The position numbers were made by a program, and so were the translations under genes. Positions 9,462 to 19,600 of a stretch of DNA of 64,000 nt are shown here, piece by piece. Position 1 is the stretch's first letter, and each line of letters starts with the position of its first letter. The notes beneath the pieces are model-generated. The model made no database searches. It was not told the DNA's origin and saw nothing but the letters and a program-made list of their open reading frames with translations. This DNA comes from an uncultured Gemmatimonadaceae bacterium (GTDB lineage: Bacteria > Gemmatimonadota > Gemmatimonadetes > Gemmatimonadales > Gemmatimonadaceae), in NCBI GenBank assembly GCA_963740355.1, contig CAVUDW010000002.1, positions 672,001 to 736,000 on the forward strand. Direction: 5' to 3'.

Positions 9462-10013
9462 CTACCAGGTGACTTCGCCGGCACCGGCGCGCTTGTTGGC
9501 GACGCGCGCGAGCGTGAAGAGCAGGTCGGAGAGGCGATTGAGGTAGATCACCACCAGATCCGGGACGTCGGCGTCATGCTGGAGCGTCACGACTCGACGC
9601 TCGGCACGACGACAGACGGTGCGTGCCACATGCAGCGCGGCCGCTTTCGGCGTGCCACCCGGCATGATGAAGCTCTTCAGCGGTTCGAGCTCGGCGTCGC
9701 CGGCGTCGATGGCACGCTCGAGCTGCTCGATGCGCTCATCGTCAATCCGTGCCTTGGTGAGTTGCTCGGACATCTTTTCGCGGTCTGGCGTCGCGAGAAT
9801 GGCGCCGATCGAGAAGAGGTCGCGCTGGAGCGGCACCAGCACCTCGTCGATGCGCGGCATCAGTTCGATGGCGCGCGCCATGCCGATGACGGCATTCAGT
9901 TCGTCGACGTCGCCGTACGCTTCGACACGCGGATTGTCCTTGGCCACGCGACCGCCGCCGAACAGACCGGTGTCGCCCTTGTCACCCGTGCGGGTGTAGA
10001 TCTTGAATGACAT
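9462..10013 (-). CDS. PduO-type cob(I)alamin adenosyltransferase
   Basis: KIYTRTGDKG, YGDVDELN, RRAER, NRLSD motifs. Confidence 0.92.
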   Translation of the reverse strand: MSFKIYTRTGDKGDTGLFGGGRVAKDNPRVEAYGDVDELNAVIGMARAIELMPRIDEVLVPLQRDLFSIGAILATPDREKMSEQLTKARIDDERIEQLERAIDAGDAELEPLKSFIMPGGTPKAAALHVARTVCRRAERRVVTLQHDADVPDLVVIYLNRLSDLLFTLARVANKRAGAGEVTW

Positions 10014-10047
10014 GCCGCAAGCTAGCGATTCGGCCCAAGTGCAACGC

Positions 10048-10343
10048 GGGTCAGGATCTCGATCAGATTCTCGAGCACGATCACCGACCCATTCGATCAA
10101 GATCTCTGACCCCTTCGATCAAGATCTCCGACCCCTTGATCTTTGGTTAACACACTCGCGCGCAACGACTTAGGCCTGCGATCGCGCGATCAAGATCTCT
10201 GACCCCTTGATCTTTGGTTAACACACTCGCGCGCAACGACTTAGGCCCGAAAACAGCCGATCAAGATCTCTGACCCCTTGATCGAAAACGGCCGAGCACG
10301 ATCTCTGACCCCTTGATCGATCAAGATCTCTGACCCCTTGATC
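10048..10343. repeat. Cluster of 25-bp GATCAAGATCTCTGACCCCTTGATC repeats with a duplicated 35-bp linker
   Basis: Copies at 10095, 10117, 10188, 10259, 10300 (partial) and 10319; degenerate copy near 10079; inverted degenerate copy 10048-10064. Confidence 0.92.
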
Positions 10344-10522
10344 GGAGGCTAAAGCACAGCTGTCGAACGTCTTGCGTGCGCCTTTCGCCGTACCGACCAC
10401 ACAGCGCGCCGATCGAGGTGGCACCGAACGCGTTTTTCGGACCGCCAGTCCTGTCAGGCACTCGTGAAGACGGCCCGCGCGGGGTTTCGGGCGGGGCCCG
10501 GTGTGGTGAGTTTTGATCCACC

Positions 10523-11545
10523 ATGACCAACGAACTGAAGGACATCACGATCATCGGCGCCGGCCCTACCGGCCTCTACGCTCTTTTTTACGCGGGCATG
10601 CGCGGCGTCTCGGCGCAGGTGATCGACGCCCTGCCGCAGGTGGGCGGACAGCTTGCAGCGCTGTACCCTGAAAAGCTGATCTTCGACGTGGCCGGCTTCC
10701 CGCGGGTGCTGGCCAAGGATCTGGTGACGGGGCTGAATGACCAAGCCGCCCAGTTTGGGAACCCGATGCACCTCAACCGGACGGTCACCGGGCTGGACGA
10801 GGTCGACGGACATTTCGTCGTGCGTACCAGCGATGGCGACTTCCCCACCAAGTCGGTCGTGATCGCCGGCGGCATCGGCGCCTTCTCGCCGCGCAAGCTG
10901 CCGCAGACGGCCACCCATGCCTGGTACGGACGCGGCATCGACGACGTGGTGCTGGATCCGGCACGCTACACCAACAAGCGCGTGCTGATCGTGGGCGGCG
11001 GAGACAGCGCGTTCGATTGGGCGCAGCAGCTCCGCCCGCGCGCGGCGCATGTCACGCTCATCCACCGCAGCGATCGCTTCCGCGCCCATCAGGCGACGGT
11101 GGATGACGTGCTCGATGCGGCGGCCCGCGGCGACAAGACCGACGTCCTCACGTTCCATGAGTTGCATGAGATCGTGTCTCCGGATGGCGAAAAGATGACG
11201 GGCGCCATCGTGCGTGCCACGAAGGAGAAGACGACGCGTCCCATCGAGGTCGATGTCATCCTGCCGATGCTCGGCTTCGTGAGCGACATGGGTGCGCTGG
11301 CCGAGTGGGGGCTGAATCTCGAGAAGGACGAGATCACCGTCACGCCGACGATGGAGAGTGGTCGCGCGGGCATTTACGCCGCGGGCGACATCACGACCTA
11401 TCCTGGCAAGCTGAAGCTGATCTCGGTCGGCTTCGGCGAAGCGGCAACCGCCGTCAATCAGGCGGTGCACTGGATCTACCCGGAGAAGAAGGTGAACCCC
11501 GGGCACTCGTCGAACCTCGCGATCTTCGGGCAGCCGGCGGAGTAG
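10523..11545 (+). CDS. TrxB-type ferredoxin-NADP reductase (YumC-like)
   Basis: GAGPTG, GGQLAALYPEKLIFDVAG, GGGDSA, YPGKLKLI, C-terminal HSS; no CxxC. Confidence 0.85.
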   Translation: MTNELKDITIIGAGPTGLYALFYAGMRGVSAQVIDALPQVGGQLAALYPEKLIFDVAGFPRVLAKDLVTGLNDQAAQFGNPMHLNRTVTGLDEVDGHFVVRTSDGDFPTKSVVIAGGIGAFSPRKLPQTATHAWYGRGIDDVVLDPARYTNKRVLIVGGGDSAFDWAQQLRPRAAHVTLIHRSDRFRAHQATVDDVLDAAARGDKTDVLTFHELHEIVSPDGEKMTGAIVRATKEKTTRPIEVDVILPMLGFVSDMGALAEWGLNLEKDEITVTPTMESGRAGIYAAGDITTYPGKLKLISVGFGEAATAVNQAVHWIYPEKKVNPGHSSNLAIFGQPAE

Positions 11546-11567
11546 TCGCGGCGATTCTGCTTGCCGA

Positions 11568-12479
11568 TCAGCTGACGCGCGGGTCACTCCGCTTGTACGC
11601 GAGGTCGGTGAGCAGATTCACCAGCACGAACACCACGCTCAGAAAAAGCACCGTGCCCTGAATCGCGGGCAGGTCGCGCCGGGAAATGGCGTTCACGACA
11701 TACCGCCCGAGCCCAGGCCAGCCGAACACGGTCTCCGTCAGAATGCTGCCGGTGAGGTAACTGCCGACGTCCAGGCCGAGCACCGTCACGACAGGGATCA
11801 AGGCGGTACGAAGCCCGTGGCGTAACACAACGGCACCGTTGGACAGTCCCTTCGCGCGTGCCGTTCGCACATGATCGCTGCTCATCGCATCGAGCATGCT
11901 GGTGCGTGTGACGCGGGCCAGATAGGCGATGCTCCGCGATCCGAGCGTGAGTGCCGGCAGGATCAGCACCAGGCCACCGCCGTATCCGCTGGGCGGAAGC
12001 CACTTGAGGGTCAGCGAAAACAGCAGGATCAACAGCAGACCCACCCAGAACACGGGAAAGCTGATGCCGAGATAGGTGGCACCCATCAGGATCTTGTCGA
12101 ACGCGCCCGCGGGCTTGAGCGCCGCGATCACGCCGATGCCGATGCCGAGCAGGATCGCAATCGTCATGGCGGCCAACGCGAGTTGCGCCGTCTTGGGGAA
12201 GCGCTCGCGGATGTCCTGCATGATCGGCCGGCCGGTGATGTAGCTGCGACCGAGATCACCGCGGAGCACACCGCCGGCGTAGCTCACGAACTGCACTGGC
12301 AGCGGTTCGTCGAGCTTGAGCTCGGCCCGCAGTCGCGCGATCGTCACGCTGTCGGCGCGTTCACCCACCATCTGCTGCACCGGGTCACCGGGCGCGACGT
12401 ACAACAACAGGAACACTGCGATCAACACGCCAGCGAGCGTCGGGATCGCGAGCAGCAACCGACGCGCAAGGAAGGTCAC
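11568..12479 (-). CDS. Peptide/nickel ABC transporter permease (DppB/OppB-like)
   Basis: PGDP, GDLGRS, TARAKGL, ETVFGWPGLG; GTG start overlaps the upstream stop. Confidence 0.88.
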   Translation of the reverse strand: MTFLARRLLLAIPTLAGVLIAVFLLLYVAPGDPVQQMVGERADSVTIARLRAELKLDEPLPVQFVSYAGGVLRGDLGRSYITGRPIMQDIRERFPKTAQLALAAMTIAILLGIGIGVIAALKPAGAFDKILMGATYLGISFPVFWVGLLLILLFSLTLKWLPPSGYGGGLVLILPALTLGSRSIAYLARVTRTSMLDAMSSDHVRTARAKGLSNGAVVLRHGLRTALIPVVTVLGLDVGSYLTGSILTETVFGWPGLGRYVVNAISRRDLPAIQGTVLFLSVVFVLVNLLTDLAYKRSDPRVS

Positions 12480-14050
12480 GGTGTGCCGCGATCGATACGG
12501 GCGCCAATCATGCGCTGACCATTGAAGATCGTTGGAGCCGTCCAGTTCTTGAGCCACGGCTGCACGGCGTACAGTTCGTTGTAGAACCAGAGGAACACCA
12601 TCGGCGCCTGCGCGAACGCGATGCTGTCGCCGCGCGCGTACATCGCGGTCCGCTTGGCCGTGTCGGTCTCCCGACGTGACGCGCTCACCACCGCGTCGAA
12701 GTCCTTGTCCTTGAAGAAGCTCACGTTGCCGCCCACGCCGGCGTTCGCCGAGTGGAGCAGCGGGTAGAGAAAGTTCTCGGCGTCGGGATAGTCGGCGTAC
12801 CAGTCCTTGAGCACGAGGTCCGCCTCGCCCTTGCGGGCCGCCTCACGCATGCTGGCGCTCTCTCGCTGCACCAATTCGGCGGTGATGCCGGCGTCCTTCA
12901 GGTAGCCCTGGATGGCCTGTGCGACCCGCGATTGTGTGGCGTCCTGCGAACACCAGAGCTTGACCGTGATGCCGTTGGGGAATCCAGCGTCGGCGAGCAG
13001 TTGTTTCGCCTTGGCGACGTCGTGTGCGTAGGGCGCACGCGTGGTGTCGGAGCCGTCGAGCGCGGGCGGGATGATGCCAGCGGCCAGTCGACCGCGGCCG
13101 CCGAGCAGCTGTGTGAGGATCGCCTTGCTGTCGATGGCGTGGTTGATCGCGCGGCGGACGCGCACGTCCGCCAGCGGGCCACGCGATGTGTTGATCGCGA
13201 CATACCAGAGCCGCAGGACCGGCGCCGCCTGCAGCAGCGCCTTCTTCTCCTCGGTCTGCTCCCATTGCCGTGTCTCGGCTTCCGGGATGTAGAGAATGTC
13301 CACGTTCCCCGACTCGAACTCCGCCACGGCGGTACTTGGCTCGGGAATGATGCGGGCGATCAGCGTGTCCTGTAGTGGCTTGGTGCCCCAGTACGCCTCG
13401 TTGCGAACGAACCGCACGAAGTCGTCATGCTTCCACTGCGAGAGCTTCCACGGCCCGGTGCCGACCGGCTTCTCGCCGAAGTCGGCGGCGACGGTGGTGG
13501 GAACGATCGATGCGACGGGCATCGCGAGCAGCTTGGGAAAGATCGCGAACGGCTCAGCGAGGGTGATTTCGATCGTGCTGTCATTCTCGATGCGCAGGCC
13601 CTTGATGCTGCTGGCCTTTCCGGCCGCGAAATCCTGTGCACCGGCGATCGGGAAGAGTGGCCAGCCACGGCCGCCGCGCGTCTTCGGATCGAGCACGCGT
13701 GTGAAGCTGGCCACGACATGCTTGGCGGTGAACACGCTGCCGTCATGGAACTTCACGTTCTGTCGCAGGGTGAACCGCCAGATGCGGCCATCGGGGGAGA
13801 CTGTCCAGGACGACGCGAGCGCCGGCTCCACCTGGGCATCGGGGGAAAATCGCGTCAGTCCTTCAAAGACATATCCGACCGCACGGCCGGTGGGCACATC
13901 GGTGGAGAGTGCTGGGTCGAAGGAGCGCGGGTCGTACGTGTCACGCCCGTCGACGATGGCCGCGCGCTTTGGCGTGGTGTCGCCGCCGGCGCAGGCTGCG
14001 CAGAGGGTCAGCGCAGCAAGGGCGAGCGAGAGGGCGCGGAAGCGTGGCAT
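12476..14050 (-). CDS. Peptide ABC transporter substrate-binding lipoprotein (family 5)
   Basis: Signal peptide with CAAC lipobox-like site; FTLRQNVKFHDG, GTGPWK, DVRVRRAI. Confidence 0.9.
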   Translation of the reverse strand: MPRFRALSLALAALTLCAACAGGDTTPKRAAIVDGRDTYDPRSFDPALSTDVPTGRAVGYVFEGLTRFSPDAQVEPALASSWTVSPDGRIWRFTLRQNVKFHDGSVFTAKHVVASFTRVLDPKTRGGRGWPLFPIAGAQDFAAGKASSIKGLRIENDSTIEITLAEPFAIFPKLLAMPVASIVPTTVAADFGEKPVGTGPWKLSQWKHDDFVRFVRNEAYWGTKPLQDTLIARIIPEPSTAVAEFESGNVDILYIPEAETRQWEQTEEKKALLQAAPVLRLWYVAINTSRGPLADVRVRRAINHAIDSKAILTQLLGGRGRLAAGIIPPALDGSDTTRAPYAHDVAKAKQLLADAGFPNGITVKLWCSQDATQSRVAQAIQGYLKDAGITAELVQRESASMREAARKGEADLVLKDWYADYPDAENFLYPLLHSANAGVGGNVSFFKDKDFDAVVSASRRETDTAKRTAMYARGDSIAFAQAPMVFLWFYNELYAVQPWLKNWTAPTIFNGQRMIGARIDRGTP

Positions 14051-14291
14051 CGCGTCGTGGCTGAAGGGGATCGACGGGGGTCGGCCAGAGGGTCGGTGGA
14101 ACGAGCTAACCTATTGTCAGGAAAGCGCGTACGTCGTTGACACTGAGGCGCGTGAGCGTGAACTTAGAGGCGGTTCACACGGGGTGCCAACCGTTTTCGT
14201 CGCGCGCAGCCGCGCGGCACCGTCATTCGTTCCCTCGGTCTGCACACTGCCGCGTCGCTTCGCCATCGTTTTCCACCGGGATTGGAGTAAG

Positions 14292-16644
14292 GTGCGCCCG
14301 CTTTTGCGGAGCCTGCGCCTCGTCGCGGTGTGTCTGGGGATGGGTGCGGTCGTTTCGACGCCTGCGGTACTGTACGCGCAGCGCGACGCCTGTGATCCCG
14401 CCGAGCTGGAAGTGCGGTCGCTGGCCTTCTCGGGGAACAGGGCCTTTTCCAACAGCCAGCTGACAGCTGTGATCGCGCTGACGCCGTCCGACGTGTCGCG
14501 ACGACTGCCGGTGATCGGCTGGGGTTTGCGCGGCGTGCGACGCTGCAGCAACCCGGAAGTGGTGGCGATCGATCGGGCGCGGTTGGTGATCTACTATCGC
14601 CGGCGCGGGTATCCCGATGTGCAGGTCGACACGGTGGTGCAGCGCACGCCGAGAGCGATGGATGTGCGTTACGTGGTCCGCGAAGGTCGTGCGACTACCA
14701 TCGACACGCTGCGCGTCATCGGCACGGAACGGGTCGACGAGCGCGATCGGCTTGGCCGCGGCCTGCCGATCGGGCGTGGACAGCCATTCGACCAGTACCT
14801 GCTGGAGCAGACGCGCGACACCCTGCGCCAGCGACTCGCCGACGTGGGTTTTCCGTTCGCGCAGGTGCTGCTCGCGACCGACGTGATGCGCGGCACGGGC
14901 GCCGACAGCACGCGACGCACCGCTGTGGTGGAGTTCAGCGTGCGGACGGGCCCGATGATCACGATTCGCAGCGTGATCGTGCAGGCCGTCGCCCGCGAAG
15001 GCAAGCCGCAGGAAATTCCGTCCGAGGTGGTGCGCGGATTGGTGGGCCTGAAGCCTGGGCAGCGTTACCAGCAGAGCGACGTGGAGCGCGCCACGCGTGC
15101 CCTGTACCTGACCGATGCATATCAGCAGGTGCGCATCGAGCCACGGTTGCTGGTCGACTCGCTCTCGACGGCGGCCGACAGCGCGAGTGTCGATGTGGTG
15201 GTGAACGTGGCCGAACGATTCATGCACAGCCGCACGCTCAGCGCTGGCTTTGGCTCACTCGACTGTTTCCGCACCCAGCTGCAGTACACCGATCGCAACC
15301 TCCTCAGCCGCGCCCGTCGCCTTGAACTGACAGGACGCGTGAGCAAGATCGGCGTCGGCAGCCCCATGAATTACTCGTGGGCTGATCGCATTTGTGGCGC
15401 AGTGTCGGACGGCAGGGATCCATACAGTGATGAACTGAACTACTACGTCGGGGCCACGCTGCGTCCGCCGGTTGGACCGGGCGGCCGGCGCATCCCGGAG
15501 CTCACGCTCTATCGGGAAGTTCGCGGCGAATATCAGGCGTATCGCCGGACGACGCTGGTCGGCGCGATCGCGAGCGTGACGCTGCAAGCGGCGCCGCGAG
15601 TTCCGGTGACGCTGGCGTATGATCTCAGCTTCGGCAAGACGGAAGCGCAGCCAGCGCTCTTTTGCTCGGTGCTGAATCGCTGCGCCCCGGAGGACCGTCG
15701 CGTCTTCGAGACCACCCGTCGGCTGGCCGTGCTGGGTGCAAACTTCAGTCGCGATCGGACCGATGACGCAATCAACCCGCGGCACGGCAGCTTCACGCGG
15801 CTGGCGATTCGCCATGCATCGTCGCTGACCCTGTCCGACTCCGCCTTCAAGTTCAGCAGTGCCGTGCTCGACGCGAGCAAGTTCTGGGGACTGGGCTTTG
15901 GCACGACGCTGGCCGTGCGCGTGCAGCTGGGTGCTGTCTTCGGGAGCAACGATCGACTGGTGCCACCGCAGGAACGGCTGTACGCTGGCGGCCCGACCAC
16001 CGTGCGAGGTTTTCGCCAGAACGAACTCGGTCCGGTGGCGTACGTCGTCAGCCCCGACAGCACGGTGGCGTCGCAGCAGCTGATCCGCCGTGCCGATCAC
16101 CGACTCCACCTTCTCGTACGAAGTGAACCCGCTGGTGCAGCCATTCCGCGTGGTGCCGGTGGGTGGCAATACCGTGGCGGTGGGCAATGTGGAGCTCCGA
16201 ATCCGCAGCCCGTTTCTGCCGACGTTGTTGCAGTGGAACCTGTTCGCGGACTTCGGCCAGGTGTGGAGCCGCGGTGGACGTGATGCGAGCCTGCGCAACA
16301 GTGCGTTGCGCACGACGCCCGGCGTTGGCGCACGCATCTTTTCCCCGATCGGCGTGATCCGCCTCGACTTCGGCTACAACAACTACGCGCCCCGCACCGG
16401 CGCTGCCTACTTCAACGAGTTGGCGCGCGCGAACGGCACCCAGGCCCTGCTCTGTGTCAGCCCAGGCAATGGCATCGTTGCGCGCGAGATCACGGAAGTC
16501 GTGACGCAGAACAACCAGCAGAAGACGATCACGCGGATCGTGCAGGATCCGTACGACAGCTGCAAGGGCTCCTACTCGCCGCAGCGCAATCGCGGCGCAC
16601 TTGGCCCGTTCACCTTCTTCTTCGCGATCGGGCAGGCGTTCTGA
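14292..16644 (+). CDS. tamA: TamA/BamA-family (Omp85) outer membrane protein, with apparent +1 frameshift near 16085
   Basis: POTRA-like repeats, YAGGPTTVRGF, C-terminal FAIGQAF; directly upstream of tamB; two ORFs joined by removing one C. Confidence 0.8.
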
Positions 16645-16648
16645 CCCG

Positions 16649-19600
16649 ATGATCCGCCGCCGCCGACTGGTCCTCGTTGCAGGCCTCATCACGGTGGTGC
16701 TGATGGCACTGGCCGCGGTGGGGTCGGTGCTGGTCGTGACCGGCACCGATTTTGGTCGCGACTGGGTGCGCAAGCTCGTCGTGCAGCAGGTGGCGCCGGC
16801 GGTGAAGGGTCGCCTCTTTCTCGGGCGCATCACCGGGCCGATCCTCACCGGCGTCACGGTCGACTCGATCGAGATCGCCGACAGTGCGGGCGTGGTGATG
16901 GTCTCGGCGGGAAAGACGACCATGCGCTGGGATCCACGTGACTTTCTCGATCGGCGGATCCTGATCCAGCGACTCGTCACCGACAACGTCCTGATCCAGA
17001 TCATCAAGTACAAGGACGGCGACTGGAACTACAAGCACATCTTCCCGCAGGGACCGAAGGGAAAGCCGCGCACGAAGGGCAGCTTCGGCGACTTCATCGT
17101 GTTCGACTCGGTGTCGATGACACGGGGGCGCTTCTTCCTCACGATGCCCTGGGCGCCGGCGGATTCGTTGAAGGGTGCGCGTCGCGATAGCGCGATTGCG
17201 TTCAACATCGCTCGTACGAATGCGCAGATCCGGCGTATCCCACGCGGGCTGGTGCGAACATGGCGCTGGGAGCAGGCGACCCTCGACCTGTCGCATGTGC
17301 GGATGGCCAATCCCGACACGGTCGGCCGGCTCTTTCGCGTCACGAACATGGATGTGTCGGAGTTCGACCCGCCGTTCCGGTTCGAGAAGCTGCGCGGCGA
17401 TTTCCGGTGGCTGGGTGACTCGATCTGGATGCAGATCCCGCACTTCCAGATGCCCGGCTCTGCAGGGCACGCCGCTGGAAAGATCGTCTGGGGCAGTGAC
17501 TTGCCGGTGCGCTACGACATCGCGATTCGTGGCGAGAAGGTGGCGATGAACGATATCGCGTGGCTGACGGAGACCTTCCCGACGCAGGGCGGTGGCACGA
17601 TGGACCTGCTGATCCGGAATGATCCGTCGAACCTGAACGTGCTCAAGTACGCGATCACGAACATGGATGCGCGCAGCCTCGATTCGCGGTTGCGCGGGAA
17701 GATGACGTGGGGTGTGGGCGGGCCGGTGGTGACGCTCACCGATGTCGACATGCGCGCCGACCCGCTGGACTTTGCGCTCTTGCGCCAGTTCAACGGCATT
17801 CCGTTCCCGTATCCGTGGCGCGGTCAGTTCACCGGCACGGTGAAGGCGAAAGGTGGGCCGCTGCATCGCTTCGACGTCGACGAACTGAACTTCGCCTTCC
17901 GCGACGCCAACGTGCCGGGCGCGTCCAGTGTCGGCCGCGGTCGCGGACAAGTGGACATTCTTTATCCGGCCTTCACGCGCTTCCGCGGCTTCAGTGTCGA
18001 CGTGGAACGTGGTGACCTGCGCACGCCGCGTTTCCTCAACAAGGAGTTTGCGCGGCTCAACGGATACGTCCGTGGCTCAGCGGTGCTGGACTCGCTCTGG
18101 TATGACGTGCGAGTCCGAAACCTGGACGTCTTTCACGACGACGGCACGGGCGCACCGATGTCGCACGTGACTGGCGGCGGGCGGATCAAGCTCGAGCCGA
18201 AGTACGTCTTGTACGACATGCAACTCAACGCCGAGCCGCTGTCATTCACGATGCTGGGCAACTCGTACGCCTTGATGCCGCTGCGTGGCACCATGACCGG
18301 CCCGATCACGGTCAAGGGCACCATCGCGGCGCTCGAGGTGACGGGGCAGCTGAACGGCGACGCTGGCAGCCTGTCGGGCAGCGGTGTGGTCGACATCGAG
18401 CCTGCGGGATACGCACTGAAGGGGCAGGGGATGTTCGACCGGCTCGATCTGCGCACCTTGCTCGATCGCACCACCGCACCGGTGACTCAGCTCAATGGCC
18501 GCGCCGAGATGGACGTCCGGGGTGATTCGCTGGCGAATCTGTTCGGCACCATGGGCCTGTCGTTCGACCGCTCCCGCATCGACAAGCTGCGCCTCGATGA
18601 AGGGACCGCGCGGTTCAGTTTTCGCGATGGGATCGCGACGGTGGACTCGCTGAGCGTCCTGTCGCCTTCGCTGTCGATCGGCGCACGCGGCGGCATCGGG
18701 CTTCGCAGCGATCGCAGTGACTCCCTGCTGTTCCGCCTGACCGTGGATTCGCTGGGTGGCCTGCGCTCATGGTTGAGCACGGCCTCGGCCGACGCGCCGG
18801 ACTCACTCGGCGGCGGGATGACACTGCGCGGACGGCTGACCGGACACCTCGATTCGCTCGGCGTGAACGCGACGCTCTCCGGGCGCGATGTGCTGCGCGG
18901 TACGGTGTCGTCGGTGGTGGCGGACATGACTGCCACCGGGAGCTTTGTGCGCGGTGTGCCAAGTGGAACCGTGCAGTTCGAGGCTGACAGCGTACAAGCG
19001 GGCCCGGTGCGACTGAATGCAGTGACGGCGAAAGGCGTGTTCACGTCGGCACGTGATGGCACCATCTCGCTCGACGCACGCGCGGACAGCGGCGTGCGAC
19101 TGGGCCTGGAGGCACGGCTCCGCGGAGCGGGAGACACGCTCGTCGCTTCGCTCGCCTCGATGTTCGCGTCAGGCCCTCGCACGAAGTGGTCGCTGCTTCA
19201 CCCGAGCACCATCACACAATCGCGCGGCATCACCAGCATCGATTCACTGGTGCTCGGCGACACCGGACTCGCGCGGGTGCGAATCCGGGCTCGGGTGCCA
19301 GCGAACGACAGCGTCTCGGTGATGGTGGACGCGGCACTGATCCCGCTCCGTGATGTCGGCTGGATCACTCGTCGTGAACGACCGATGACCGGCCTCCTCG
19401 ATGCGCAATTGCAGGTGCGCGGGACGAAGGCGGCACCCACCGCCACGCTGAATGCCCGCGCCAACGGCGTCACGGTCGGCAGCACGCCGATCGGAGATGC
19501 GCGACTCGAAGGGACGTACGCCGACAACAGCTTCCGTGCTGCTGTTTCTCTGAGCGAGCGCAATCGCGCCACGTCACTGCTTTCCGCACAGCTCGCGCTA

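Noticed and set aside
10095..10343. CRISPR array
   Set aside because: The two long spacers share an identical 35 bp, several repeats abut with no spacer, and no cas genes are in the window.
10048..10343. Replication origin suggested by GATC density
   Set aside because: No TTATCCACA DnaA boxes, no AT-rich unwinding element and no dnaA or rep gene nearby.
13296..14291. N-terminal third of the 995-aa ORF
   Set aside because: It is mostly the antisense shadow of the ABC binding protein; the TamA-like gene plausibly starts at GTG 14292 after a GGAG RBS.
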